Shown here piece after piece: positions 33,438 to 44,728 of a DNA stretch of 64,000 nt. The notes beneath the pieces were generated by a model that saw nothing but the letters and a program-made list of their open reading frames with translations, searched no databases and had not been told where the DNA came from. The stretch spans positions 1,860,001 through 1,924,000 of the forward strand of contig SMSO01000035.1 of the NCBI GenBank assembly GCA_004764695.1, written 5' to 3'. The position numbers and the translations under genes were made by a program. How positions within the stretch are numbered: the stretch's first letter is position 1; every line of letters begins with the position of its first letter. Source of the DNA: Schizochytrium sp. TIO01 (taxonomy: Eukaryota > Protista > Bigyra: Labyrinthulomycetes).

Positions 33438-33978
33438 CTAGAAGTATGTCAGCAAAAGTCGCAAACTACAACCTCTGATACTCCATCAGGCCAGAATTTC
33501 CATAGGGTGGCATGATACTCTCTGCAAGCGCTGCAATATCGATTTCCCCGTGCAAAAGACCATTGACTACAGCCATAATTTACACTCCGCAGCCATAGCC
33601 ATTTTCTTGATGACCAGAGAATTTCTTGACTGACCAGTTAGATTCGTCCAACTCGAGCTGTCAAAGAATGCTCTCAATCCTCTTGTTATGACAAGCGTCA
33701 TCACGGTTTTTGAGGGGGTCATAAGTATAGAGAGTTTTATCTTTATAACACAGCATCACCGAGGTCCAATGGCTTGCTAAAAGGGGCATCATGATTCTCT
33801 TTACATATGAAGGGAACAGCAGAGTGGGCGATGGATTACTCTTCTTGAATTTGACAAATTCACGTTGCTCGAGAGAATTCTTGGAAATTTTCTTCAAGTC
33901 TATGTTCAAGTCCTCGTTGATATTGGTGCGAAAAGATGTCAAGAAAACTGTCTCGCGACGACGTCCTTCACGAAACAT
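33438..33978 (-). pseudogene. Ulp1/SENP-like (peptidase C48, clan CE) cysteine protease pseudogene
   Basis: IMMPLLASHWTSVMLCYKDKTLYTYDPL (His, Asp), then past the in-frame TGA at 33661-33663, HQENGYGCGV* (Gln, Cys at 33583-33609). At least two in-frame stops. Confidence 0.8.
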
Positions 33979-34194
33979 CTTTGCTGGATGCCACGTCGAG
34001 CATCTCTAGCATAAAATTAGTCCTTATCATACTGCTTAGCATGCTCTAGTCTCCACGAAGGCCACCACAACCAAGCTTTCTTGTTAATTCTATCAAACCA
34101 TTCACGAGCATCTCCAATCTTCACAGAAAAAACCTTCTATGTGCAATCTTGAATAAATTTAATCTCGTATTCTCTAATGGACTTGCGACAACAA

Positions 34195-34411
34195 TTTATG
34201 CTTATTGCTTTACTTAGTGTTATTAGTACTGTTCTTCATTGAGTGTTTAGAGAAGAGCAGTATCAATAAACACTCAATGTAGAATAAATAAGATAAGGGT
34301 AAGCATAAAATTAAAGAAGAACAGTAGCTCATTAGCAATAAGGTTATCAAGTAAAGCATAAAGTTTGAGAAGAACAGTATCGCTAGGAGAACAGTGCTAA
34401 TAACACTAAGT
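34195..34411. repeat. Complex AT-rich foldback/inverted repeat
   Basis: 34212-34235 vs 34388-34411 is a 23/24 inverted match. 34237-34249 vs 34267-34279 is 13/13. Repeated AGAAGAACAGTA-like units. Confidence 0.9.
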
Positions 34412-34666
34412 CTTATAGGTTTAAAAAAGGGTCTAAAAGCTGAGTACCCCCCCCCTCATTTGTCCTTTTAGTAATATCAATATAGACCCAGGCTGGCGGA
34501 AGAAAATAAATCTAAATCCCTGGCTGGTTCAAGGTGGTGTCAGCACTGCCGAGCAGCTTGGCAAGTTGGTGATGCCCTAACAGCAGTGGTGGAGTTGTTG
34601 AATACAAGGAACTGCTTTGGGAAAGAGCACTGGCTTATTCTCAGGCCCAGCAACTGCCTAGAAGAG

Positions 34667-36721
34667 ATGACTAACTTGTCGCTCAAAAACGCGGTGCTTG
34701 TCAGCTGCTTCGTAGCAGGACTTTGCTTCATGGACGAGCAATCTTTGGATGGAACTTGGGTGTACGACGATGGAGGGACGATCAAGGAGAATGTTGTAGT
34801 GAGAAGGCCTCGTAGTCCAGTTGAAGCTTCAGAGTGGGTCGGAAATCAGTCCGCCTTGACAGACCTATCTCTGCTTCTGGAGGAGGCAATGCAAGAACTC
34901 GCTATTATTGGGGAAGCAGATTTCTGGGGACAAGCGCTGCGATCTCCTCGCAGCCACAAATCGTTTCGACCTATCACCACACTCACGTACCGGATTAATT
35001 ATCTTCTCAATGGTGACAATTTGTTCTGGTATCATGTTGTAAATCGGGTTCTACATATTGTTGTCACCGGACTTGCTACCATACTTACTCACATTGCACT
35101 AGAGAGCGCAGATGGATTCCCTGCTCTAGTGGGGGGGCTATTATTTGCAGTACATCCTATCCATGGAGAAGCAGTATGTAATCTGACTGGTCGTGCTGAG
35201 TTGCTCATGGCATTTTTTTATCTGTTTGGCGTGTTGATCTACTACCAAAGCCTACAGATCTCACCGAATAAACTGCACACTATTAAAGCGTCACTCTTGA
35301 CAATCGTTGTTCCTCTTTTCTGCGCGTGGTGCGCGCTGCTTAGTAAGGAAACAGGAGTAGTGGTGCCAATTACTTGCGTCGTGTGCGATTTTTGCCGCCT
35401 GAAAGCCACCATTCCTAGTGTCTTGACTGCTTTATTACCTCAAAAACATAAAAACGGTTCGTCTCATAAAGAGCAAGAGCAGCCATCAGTCTCGTTGAAG
35501 TCAAGAAATGACGTCTCAGAGGAGCGTAACGATAATGAAGATTTAGGAGAAACAAAAACTAAAGTGGGGGCATCTTCGAACGTAGAGAGTAGTCTCGGTT
35601 TGGCCTCGTCAACGCAAGCATTGCAGCGATGTAGCTTGCGATGGTTTATTTTTAGGTCTTTTCTACTTGCTTTGGGCACAATCATAATCGGGATCTGGCG
35701 TCTCAGCCTAAATGGTGAAGGAAAGCCAAACTTGATTGTTGATCAAAATCCCGCTGCATTTGCAGAGGATACATTCACTCGCGTTATGTCAGTTAATTAT
35801 GTATATTATTCGTACATGGAGAGTTTTGTCTGGCCAATGTGGCTTGCTCCAGACTGGTCAGGTCCAAGTATCCCTCTTATAGAATCATCCAGTGATATGC
35901 GCATCGCTCTTGTGGTGGTCTTTTGGATATGGCTCTATGGCTCTCTTGGGTTTTCGTTGCTCACATTAAAAAGCGATCAATCGCGTCGCGCTATTTTGCA
36001 GTCTGTTCTTGGATACACTGTGGCACCATTTTTTCTCGCTGCAAACGTTGTGGTAGTTACCGGGACCATGAAAGCAGAGCGGGTGGTTTATTTGCCGAGT
36101 CTCGGTCCTTGCATGCTAACTGCGCACCTAGTCGATTTGCTGAGTCGAAAGGCAGGTCGTCGAACTGGAGACCCCCCTCAGGCGTTGTTGCAAGTCTTAC
36201 TTACAGTTGTACTTTTGGCGTTGTCTTTCCGATCAGCCGAGCGTGCGCATGCCTGGACGAATTCGTATAACCTTTGGGAATCTGCAATTGAAGTTAATGA
36301 TAGATCGTGGCACACTTGGTATAATTATGGTGTGCAACTTGTGCGTCATAATCAGCCAGAAAAAGCCGAGTCCCTTTTTCGAAAAGTCCTTATTGCAAGG
36401 CCAAAAGATTATGCGAATCGTTATGTCCTTGGCATTGTCCTACGTGCAACAAACCGTTGCGAAGAAGCTGTTGCTTTAGCTGATGAGTCTATAGCAATGC
36501 TCGATGTTAAGTCTGCAGATGATAATGAACTGCGCTTAAACCGCCGAAGCGACAAAGCGTTCATGTTGACATTAAAGTCACAATGCGCAAAAACTATCGC
36601 GGAGATGTCGATTCTCGCTCAGGAGGCAATTGTCACTGATCCAGGAAATACGGCTGCCATTGAAAGGGTTAAGGAATTATCCGAACTTGCTACTTCACTA
36701 GGATTAGGCTCCAAATCATAG
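34667..36721 (+). CDS. TMTC-family protein O-mannosyltransferase-like (GT-C membrane domain, DUF1736, TPRs)
   Basis: VYDD acidic loop, DFWG, SHKSFRPITTLTYR, LLFAVHPIHGEAV..GRAELL, LLSKETG, AERVVYLPSLG and C-terminal TPRs. First ATG at 34667. Confidence 0.9.
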   Translation: MTNLSLKNAVLVSCFVAGLCFMDEQSLDGTWVYDDGGTIKENVVVRRPRSPVEASEWVGNQSALTDLSLLLEEAMQELAIIGEADFWGQALRSPRSHKSFRPITTLTYRINYLLNGDNLFWYHVVNRVLHIVVTGLATILTHIALESADGFPALVGGLLFAVHPIHGEAVCNLTGRAELLMAFFYLFGVLIYYQSLQISPNKLHTIKASLLTIVVPLFCAWCALLSKETGVVVPITCVVCDFCRLKATIPSVLTALLPQKHKNGSSHKEQEQPSVSLKSRNDVSEERNDNEDLGETKTKVGASSNVESSLGLASSTQALQRCSLRWFIFRSFLLALGTIIIGIWRLSLNGEGKPNLIVDQNPAAFAEDTFTRVMSVNYVYYSYMESFVWPMWLAPDWSGPSIPLIESSSDMRIALVVVFWIWLYGSLGFSLLTLKSDQSRRAILQSVLGYTVAPFFLAANVVVVTGTMKAERVVYLPSLGPCMLTAHLVDLLSRKAGRRTGDPPQALLQVLLTVVLLALSFRSAERAHAWTNSYNLWESAIEVNDRSWHTWYNYGVQLVRHNQPEKAESLFRKVLIARPKDYANRYVLGIVLRATNRCEEAVALADESIAMLDVKSADDNELRLNRRSDKAFMLTLKSQCAKTIAEMSILAQEAIVTDPGNTAAIERVKELSELATSLGLGSKS

Positions 36722-37057
36722 TGTCAAGCTCGAACGATTTTTTTCATTTTATCATTTTCTATTAGTTTCCTAGATATTGCAAGCTATAGGTCAAAATCTA
36801 GCAGTGGCATTTTGTGGGCTATTGAATAGTAAATATTATCGAAGTTACCAACTATATGATAATGGTATCTTGCGTACTAGATCAATTGAAGTGTATATAA
36901 AACTATCAAAATCATCGTTTAAGAAGTAGAAAAAATAATGCAAGAATATGAACAAATCTAAGACTAGTTATATACTTTGATGGACAAGTGAGATATGCAT
37001 TGCCCTGAAACAATGGAAGTCCGTATATCGCTGCTTCCCTTTAAGGACGTCAAGAAT

Positions 37058-37957
37058 TTACTGTGAGCCAGAGGTGGAGTAGTTGCGTGCATCGCCCTTA
37101 GCTGTGAAGCTGTTAACAGACATGCCACGCTTTACAGCAGGACGCTCTTTCAAACGTTTCATCCAGTTCTGCACATTGACGTACTTGGCGAGACCGAGCT
37201 TCTCTTCCCCAGCATAGAACTGAGACAAGCAGTTTACCCATGGCATGGCATTAATATCGGCCAAGGTAAGTTCATCTCCAACAATGTACTTTTTGCCTTC
37301 GAGTTGTTTGTCAAGCACATCGAGCAAACGCTGGGTCTCCATCGTGTAGCGCTCGATGGGATATCCAAGCTTAATGCTAGCATACTTGTAAAAGTGACCA
37401 AACTGTCCGAAGTAAGGCGCAGCGCCATGGAGCCAAAAGATCCAGTTCATCATCTCGGTGCGCTTAGCTGGGTCCTCAGGGATCAGCTTGCCGGTTTTCT
37501 CGCCGAGGTAGAGCAAGATCGAAGCGGTCTCAAAAACATTGATTTCCTTTTTGCCAGGCCCGTCACGGTCGAGAAGAGCCGGGATCTTACTGTTGGGGTT
37601 AATGGACACGAAGCCACTGGCAAACTGGTCACCTTTACCAATGTCGATAAAGTGGGCATCGTAGGCAAGACCCATTTCTTCAAGTGCGACGGTAACCTTT
37701 TGGCCATTCGGGGTACCAGCAGAGTAGAGCTGCAGAGGGTGCTTACCGACCGGAAGTTTGCGTTGTTCGCGAGCTCCGCTAGTTGTGGAGTTCATGCCAC
37801 TACGAGCAAGTTTGACACCGGCCTGGAAATCCAGGCGTTTGTAAAGAGGCTTGGCTACGCCAAGACCTGCGAGCAGAGCTACACCTGCGATACCAGCCAC
37901 TTCCAGCCAAGAGAGGCGAAGCTCCCCGCTACTATCTTGCAAGCGCTGTTCCGACAT
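37058..37957 (-). CDS. Nu-class glutathione S-transferase / GSH-dependent disulfide reductase (YghU/YfcG-like) with N-terminal hydrophobic segment
   Basis: LPVGKHPLQLYSAGTPNGQKV, INPNSKIPALLD, FETASILLYL, RPAVKRG. Confidence 0.92.
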   Translation of the reverse strand: MSEQRLQDSSGELRLSWLEVAGIAGVALLAGLGVAKPLYKRLDFQAGVKLARSGMNSTTSGAREQRKLPVGKHPLQLYSAGTPNGQKVTVALEEMGLAYDAHFIDIGKGDQFASGFVSINPNSKIPALLDRDGPGKKEINVFETASILLYLGEKTGKLIPEDPAKRTEMMNWIFWLHGAAPYFGQFGHFYKYASIKLGYPIERYTMETQRLLDVLDKQLEGKKYIVGDELTLADINAMPWVNCLSQFYAGEEKLGLAKYVNVQNWMKRLKERPAVKRGMSVNSFTAKGDARNYSTSGSQ

Positions 37958-40900
37958 TTTCAGTATTGACGCTTCAACCCCGAACTGTTATTCACGTGCT
38001 ATCAAACTCCTTTCTATGTTTACTATCTCTAGTTTCCAGCGTTTGGGTTTTGCTTCTGTTGCGAGTTCTCAAGATTGAATTGATTATCCTCATCTTCTCA
38101 AACTTGAGGATCTGCTAGGTGGGCACTACCTAAAACTCTGTTTTGCTCTGAAATGCGGCAAAGTTGTTAGATAATAAGAGATTAGTGTTTCTTAGCACCA
38201 CTGGTCAGAACCACTCCTGCTAAGCAATATACTGAGGCCCTATCCATGAACCAGTTTTTAAATATTTTTATTGTAATGATCTGCTGCTGCTGAGTCTCAC
38301 TTCTCTGGTAGCGTTTCTTTCATCTTTGAGGTGTAAAGGACCTTGGTCTCTGAAGTCACGCCTCCGATGAAGGTTGCGGCGAAATAGGAAACATCCTTTC
38401 CGCAGGGTTTATCAAGTTATACGCAATTCACCAACGGCGAGAACTTATGTTAGCGACAGCATCGATTTGGCGAATATCTACTTGATAAAATTATGACTAG
38501 TCTTACTTTGGCATAATCAAAAAAAAATAATAGAAAAAACGTTTTAAAGTCAAACAAGAGATTTAACGTCTTCGCTGGAAGTGCTAAAGCTAAGGTATGA
38601 TACCAGAAACCATGCATCTCTATCAACATGTATGAATGTTATTGATAAATTAGATGGTATTCAAATGTCCGTGATTAGAAGCACGAGTGTGACGATCCTG
38701 CAGAGGGCGTCGACGTTGATCTGAGGAAGCTCTAAAGATCGATCATTTGCGTTCGTCGGTTAGTATGGCCTTGAAGGAATATTATCGTATCGAATGCTGC
38801 TTTTGCCTTCGATTTGGCTCTTCCGAGCCCTATCATGAAAGCGATGGTGCTTATTATGATCATCAGATCTGATCTTCTTTGGTTCTCTCTGCGATTGACT
38901 TCGTTCTTCTGAGTTGTACTTTTGATAACCTTGGCGACGTCGACAATCCTTAAACAGGTAAAATGCAAAGAAATGGCACAAGCAGGCGATGCTTAGTTCT
39001 GCCTCAACGCCCTCGATCTTTGCCGAGATGGGAGACAGACTCGAGAGGAAAGAAACACCGCCTTGTGACGTTGAGGGCATCGATAGTGACGTCCTTATGA
39101 ACACAGACGACTATGACAACTCGTTGGCAAGGCCAGTGGACTCCAACATGGAGGCCACCACTTCGAGTTCTCACGATTCTGACGATCATGATCGCGAGAG
39201 ACTCGAGCGATTCTCTGTTCCTTAAGCCCCGAGCATCAAGTTCAAGGCAAAGCTCGGCTTGGACTCGCAGCGGAACTTGAAGTTCTTCGGTAGATCGGCA
39301 AGAGAAGCCAGGGGCCCGATCCCGAACGAAGAAGGAACCCTGTTCAGGAGCCAAAACCTTCTCCGGAGGCATCTGACTTGGACTTCAAGGGTACGATGAA
39401 CGCGAAGCGAGCGCGAGGGCGTAGTCGGCGACCTCGTAATGGAGACGCACAACTTCGCGAGCGTGGGTGCGTGAACTCGAGAGGCACGTGCGAATCGTTG
39501 AATTCCCACGCCTTCGGAAGGTCACATGGTTTCCCCGTGAGATAGGTCAGCGTGGACCTTCAGAAGCGATCGAGGTGAAATCTTGCGAACCATGTCCTGC
39601 CGATAGAGGAATACTGACCTTGAGGATGTTTGAGACGGCTTGTGGTTGGACAGCACAAACTACCGCCTCACCACAAAAATAAGACTAAGCAAGACGCAAG
39701 CGCAGTTGTACCACGGTGTGGGAGATTTGATCTTTCTTTGCGATGGAGTATCAAATAGAAAAAGCTACTGGAAATATGGAAAGATAGCTAAAGGAGCACG
39801 CTTTCTGGGTCAGAGCTTGCAGCAGGACTCAAGTACGTCAGTCGACTGGTCAAGTCTTGTTGTTCTTCGACCTACCCTTTATTTATTTTTTCTATTCTAT
39901 TATTATGCATAATATTATTCGGAATTTAAAAATAAATCTTCGGTAGGTCTGCACATAATTTGCTAGCGAATAGAAATGGCTGAGGTTGACCATTTTACAT
40001 TTCGCCTACTCAAGTTTCTCTGTTTGATGATGAGTGTTAGGAACCAGTGCACGTTGTTTGTACAACGATTTAAATATCAATCGCGTAAATTTGCCTTCTC
40101 TAAAGGAGAGAACGTGACAAGCCCACGACCCTTGGACAAACAAACGTAGGGTGTGGTTGGGCAAATATCGCAAATGCATACTAGCTCATCACCAATGTAG
40201 CTGCAAACTGCCTTGCTTGACCTTATTCAATATTAGCTCAGAGCAACATACCTGTTGAGCCGATTATTCTCTTTCTTTCTTTTTCTTCCTTTAGAAAATC
40301 CTATGAAATTAGAAAATCGAATCAAATGCATGCCCACCGATATGCGGAGAGCTTATAGACCACTGTGGGGTGCATGGTCCTTGGGTATCCGCAGTGCTAT
40401 GTGGAAGTTTGCTAGTTCCACTTCATCGGCATATTAAAGTGCCAGATCGAAATCTCCGGATTTATGTGTCCGAGGATTACTAAGAATTCGACACCGACTG
40501 GGAACCACGCTCTGACATGAATTCGAGCTAATGTAATTTCGACATAATTTTCACAGAATCTAACAGTAATAATGGCAAAACATTGATCAAGATATATTTG
40601 CTCCCAGTGAATATGCACTATTTTGGTTCGTGCGGGTGCCACAGAAAATCTCTAATGATATTTAGACCATGGTCACTCTTTATATTTTTATATTTAACCT
40701 TGTCTAAACTCAAAATTGAAAATATACATGTGTTAAGATTGAAGGGAAACTGTGCAATCTCATGGTTTTGCACAAAACATGTGGCGCTTCATGTTTAAAG
40801 TAAACAAAATAAACATCAAGGAAACAATTTTGAGAGCCAAAGCATTCAATATCTTTTTGCAAAGATATTAGGCATATTTACGGCACACCATGAGTTTATG

Positions 40901-41696
40901 CAATGTATGAGTATTTTTTGTTTTTCCCTGCAAATAGATTGTCGTTAAAGCTTGACTGTAGGATGCTTTATGGTAGTTTGAGTGACTTTCTATCTTGCAC
41001 CAGCATTTCTGAACCTGTCTGAAAAAACTATATTGGTTGTAAAAAGCTACTTTAAATATGACACTTGTTTTCAATCTTCATCTTGACGCAGAGACCCACT
41101 CTCACGTTTCTCAGAGAGTTAAGATGAGATGATCTTGTCCGCGAAACATTAAGAACTGAAGCTACAAAATAAGCAATTGATGGGTTCTTGATGGTCTCGC
41201 GAGGACTTGCAACATCTACTTCTTCTAAGAGGCGAGAGAAGGACGCACTCCATGTCCAAAAGAGAGATACAGCTGTACATTGGATTTGCCTCGCTCAGCA
41301 AGGGAAACAGCTCTGCAAAATAAATCTAGACGATCTTGGAGCTCCCGAATCATTGACAAAATTCGTCTACATCCTGAGCTTGGGTATCTAAATTGCCATT
41401 GGAAGACTTTAAAATTTTACCACTACTTTCTCACCAGCTACACTAACTCTTTAACACTCTGCTTTCGGCTTTAAATTTTGACGGAGCTCCACTGAACAAA
41501 GCCATTCTCTTGTTGGCTTACAAGAGAACTCATAAGATAGATATACACCATATTATGTGTGCTATTGGTTTCAAAAGTTCTACTATTTACTCGGATAGTG
41601 AATAGTAGAAGAATAGGAGCAGAAAAACTCCAGAAGACATCATTCCCTTTACTATCTTTCGTCGCTGCATCCTTCGCAGCATCGCTCGACTCTACG

Positions 41697-43964
41697 ATGG
41701 TCAACCACGCAGGCCGTTGGGCAGCCCGGCTGTGGCTTGCCGCCTCTGCGGGTACTCCTCGGAGCGGAGTTCGCTCTGCCTTCCTTGGGAGCGGCCTTTG
41801 CTCCGGAGGCGCAATGGCCGCTTTGACAAGCGCAGGGCCATCTCGTGGACTCTGCAGCGCAAGTTCTTCGGGTTCCGTTGCGGTGAATGCTCTTCTGGAG
41901 CAAGATGGCCTGCCCCGCTTCGACGCCTTCAAGGTCGAAGACGTGCGCCCCGGTGTGGAGCAGTGCGTGGAAAACCTCGATAAGGATCTCGCGGCGCTTG
42001 AGAAGGACCTCGAAACTCTTTCAAGAAACCCAACCTATTCTGATGTAGTTGAGGCGTGTGAAAAAATCGAAGCCCCTCTCGGATTCTCTTGGGGCCTTGT
42101 GTCGCACATGATGTCCGTCAAGAACTCGGACGACCTCCGAGCAGCCCACGCAGACCTGCTGCCCAAGGTCATTGAGGTGAGCCAGAAAATGTCGCAGTCG
42201 CAGACGGTTTACAAAGCGCTCAAGCTCATTGATCAAAATGAACTTGATCCGGTTCAACGTCGTATCGTGCAGAAGGAAATTGCATCTATGGAGCGCTCTG
42301 GAATTGGTCTTGAGGGTGAGGAGCGTCGCAAGTTCAACGAACTCAAGCAGGAACAATCTCAACTCGCAACGCAGTTCTCCAACAATGTGCTCGATGCTAC
42401 AAAGGCATTTGGACTTCGACTTACTAACAAGGAAGAAGTAAAAGGTCTACCGGAATCTGCTCTTGAGGGCATGGCCGAAGCCGCTCGCCGTAAGGGTGAT
42501 GAAGATGCCACTGCGGATCAAGGACCGTGGCTTGTGACTTTGGATGGGCCTACATTCATGGCGGTCATGAGATTTGCGGACTCCACGGATCTTCGGGAGA
42601 AGATTTATCGTGCATACATTAGCCGTGCTTCATCGGGCGATGTTGATAATACCCCCATTATTAAACGGATCCTTGAGATTCGTTCCATTACATCTGGAAT
42701 GCTTGGCTTTGAGTCCTATGCTCACCAGTCACTGGCCAGCAAAATGGCAGATTCGCCCGAAGCTGTAATGGAGATGATTCAATTCCTTTTTGAGAAGTCG
42801 CGTGCCCCTGCTGGACGTGAACTTGAGGAGGTCAAGCAGTTTGCTCAGGACAATGGTCACAAGGGCGAACTTACCCTCTGGGATCTGCCGTACTGGTCTG
42901 AGAAGCAGAAGCAAGCTCTCTTCAGCTTCACGGAGGAAGAGCTTCGTCCTTACTTTCCTCTTGAATCTGTGCTCTCTGGGCTCTTTGAGGTTACGGAACG
43001 TGCCTTCAATGTGAACATTGTCGCTGCTGACGGCGAAGTTCCTGTGTGGGATGAAGCAGTCCGTTTCTTCCACCTCGAGGACAAGGTTACAGGTAAGCGC
43101 CTTGCTTCATTCTTCTTGGACCCTTATGTGCGGACTGGTGAGAAGCGTGGAGGCGCCTGGATGTCGCCAGCGATTGGACGCAGCCGTGTGCTTGACCACA
43201 AACCGGTTGCTTACCTTGTCTGCAATGGATCTCCTCCTGTTGGTGGCAAGCCCAGTCTAATGACCTTCAGCGACGTGGAGACCCTCTTCCATGAGTTTGG
43301 CCATGGCTTACAGCACATGTGCACAACTGTGGAGCATGCCCCTGCCGCTGGAATTTCTAATGTTGAGTGGGACGCTGTGGAAATCCCTTCCCAATTCATG
43401 GAGAACTTCTGCTACGATCGTGCTACTTTGATGGCCTTTGCTAAGCATTACGATACCAATGAATCGTTACCGGATGACCTTTTCGACAAGCTTGTCTCGG
43501 CACGCTACCACCACGCTGCTTTGATGATGCTTCGTCAGTTGCAGTTTGCTTCTATCGACATGAAACTTCACTCGAAGGAATTCGACGCCTCCAAGGACGA
43601 TCCTATTGCCTTGCAAAAGTCTATCATGGAACAGATGGCTGTTCTTAAGCCTCTTCCTGAAGATCGCTTCCTTTGTGCTTTTGAGCACATCATGGCTGGC
43701 GGCTACGCGGCAGGATACTACTCATATAAGTACTCTGAGATTATGGCTGCTGATGCATTTGGTGCTTTTGAAGAAGCTGGTCTTGATAACCCGGCTGCTC
43801 TTGCTGCTACAGGAAAGCGGTTCCGTGACACCATTCTCAGTCTCGGTGGTGGCACTCACCCCGCTGAAGTTTTCCGTGCATTTCGTGGCCGGGACCCCAC
43901 CCCAGATGCTTTGTTGCGCCACGCAGGCTTACTCGAACATTCCACTCAGCAGTCCAAGCTCTAA
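41697..43964 (+). CDS. Oligopeptidase A (peptidase M3A)
   Basis: LFHEFGHGLQH (HEXXH), VEWDAVEIPSQFME, KRGGAWM, GGYAAGYYSY. Arg/Ala/Ser-rich N-terminal extension and C-terminal SKL. Confidence 0.96.
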   Translation: MVNHAGRWAARLWLAASAGTPRSGVRSAFLGSGLCSGGAMAALTSAGPSRGLCSASSSGSVAVNALLEQDGLPRFDAFKVEDVRPGVEQCVENLDKDLAALEKDLETLSRNPTYSDVVEACEKIEAPLGFSWGLVSHMMSVKNSDDLRAAHADLLPKVIEVSQKMSQSQTVYKALKLIDQNELDPVQRRIVQKEIASMERSGIGLEGEERRKFNELKQEQSQLATQFSNNVLDATKAFGLRLTNKEEVKGLPESALEGMAEAARRKGDEDATADQGPWLVTLDGPTFMAVMRFADSTDLREKIYRAYISRASSGDVDNTPIIKRILEIRSITSGMLGFESYAHQSLASKMADSPEAVMEMIQFLFEKSRAPAGRELEEVKQFAQDNGHKGELTLWDLPYWSEKQKQALFSFTEEELRPYFPLESVLSGLFEVTERAFNVNIVAADGEVPVWDEAVRFFHLEDKVTGKRLASFFLDPYVRTGEKRGGAWMSPAIGRSRVLDHKPVAYLVCNGSPPVGGKPSLMTFSDVETLFHEFGHGLQHMCTTVEHAPAAGISNVEWDAVEIPSQFMENFCYDRATLMAFAKHYDTNESLPDDLFDKLVSARYHHAALMMLRQLQFASIDMKLHSKEFDASKDDPIALQKSIMEQMAVLKPLPEDRFLCAFEHIMAGGYAAGYYSYKYSEIMAADAFGAFEEAGLDNPAALAATGKRFRDTILSLGGGTHPAEVFRAFRGRDPTPDALLRHAGLLEHSTQQSKL

Positions 43965-44728
43965 ATTATCGAATATTCAATTTACAATACCTAGTACGAC
44001 AAAATATATTCTCTTTGGAAGGAAGAGCAGTTCCATTGTGCACATTATCATACTCATTTACAAGATCACACCAGCCTCACGGCTATACCATTGGTCATGA
44101 TCGCGTTTTACTTAACTAAAGTTACGAACGAGTCTTTTACCCCTATTCCTTGGAAAACAATCACAGAAACAGCACTATGTTCGGCGAGCAAGTACGCTAT
44201 TGGGGTAGAATTATGTACCGCAAAATTAACATGACGCCATTTTGACCAAATACTAGACCTCTTTTAAAACTAAAGAACCACTAAATTGCTTTTTTTTTTT
44301 TCAATTTCTTTTTACAAGTTTGCCGCACTTCTAAAGAATCAAAAGATTATCGCTTGCACTGACACAACAAACCTACAATAGACAAAGAGAGTCCATGTCT
44401 TGTGTCATTTAATTTTGAAGAGGAAAATCAAATCATCGTTTAATGCCGTGGTCTGTCTGCGAATAGCTCCATTGCCCATTAACTCCTGTATTTTTATTCG
44501 TAACTGAAAGCAGAACGAACGAATGAATCAATGAATCAATGAAACGAAGATGACGTGTAAGAAGGTATAGTATTAGTTCTATGTAAGATGAGGACTTGGA
44601 GGGAAATAAAATAAATGAAGGATTGAAAACTTTGAATGATGAAATGGAAATGGAAATGAGATAGATGACGCCGACGCTTCCTATGCCAGATCTTCACATC
44701 ATCAGAACCAGATCGTAGAGATATCTCG

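Larger units (their letters stand above)
31400..34485. mobile_element. Putative decayed DNA transposon (MULE/CACTA-like cargo carrier); no transposase seen
   Basis: Imperfect inverted ends (31417-31430 vs 34452-34465, 13/14). Contains internal tandem and foldback repeats, a Ulp1-type pseudogene and a captured host-gene fragment. Confidence 0.45.

Noticed and set aside
27759-33978. Functional link between the SUMO-like gene and the nearby SUMO-protease pseudogene
   Set aside because: The protease lies in a TE-like relic and the SUMO-like domain lacks diglycine. Proximity is probably chance.
40412-41074. Short AT-rich minus-strand ORFs (also 29670-29858, 45900-46290, 60477-61144)
   Set aside because: Protein-like but fragmentary, with no recognisable motif.
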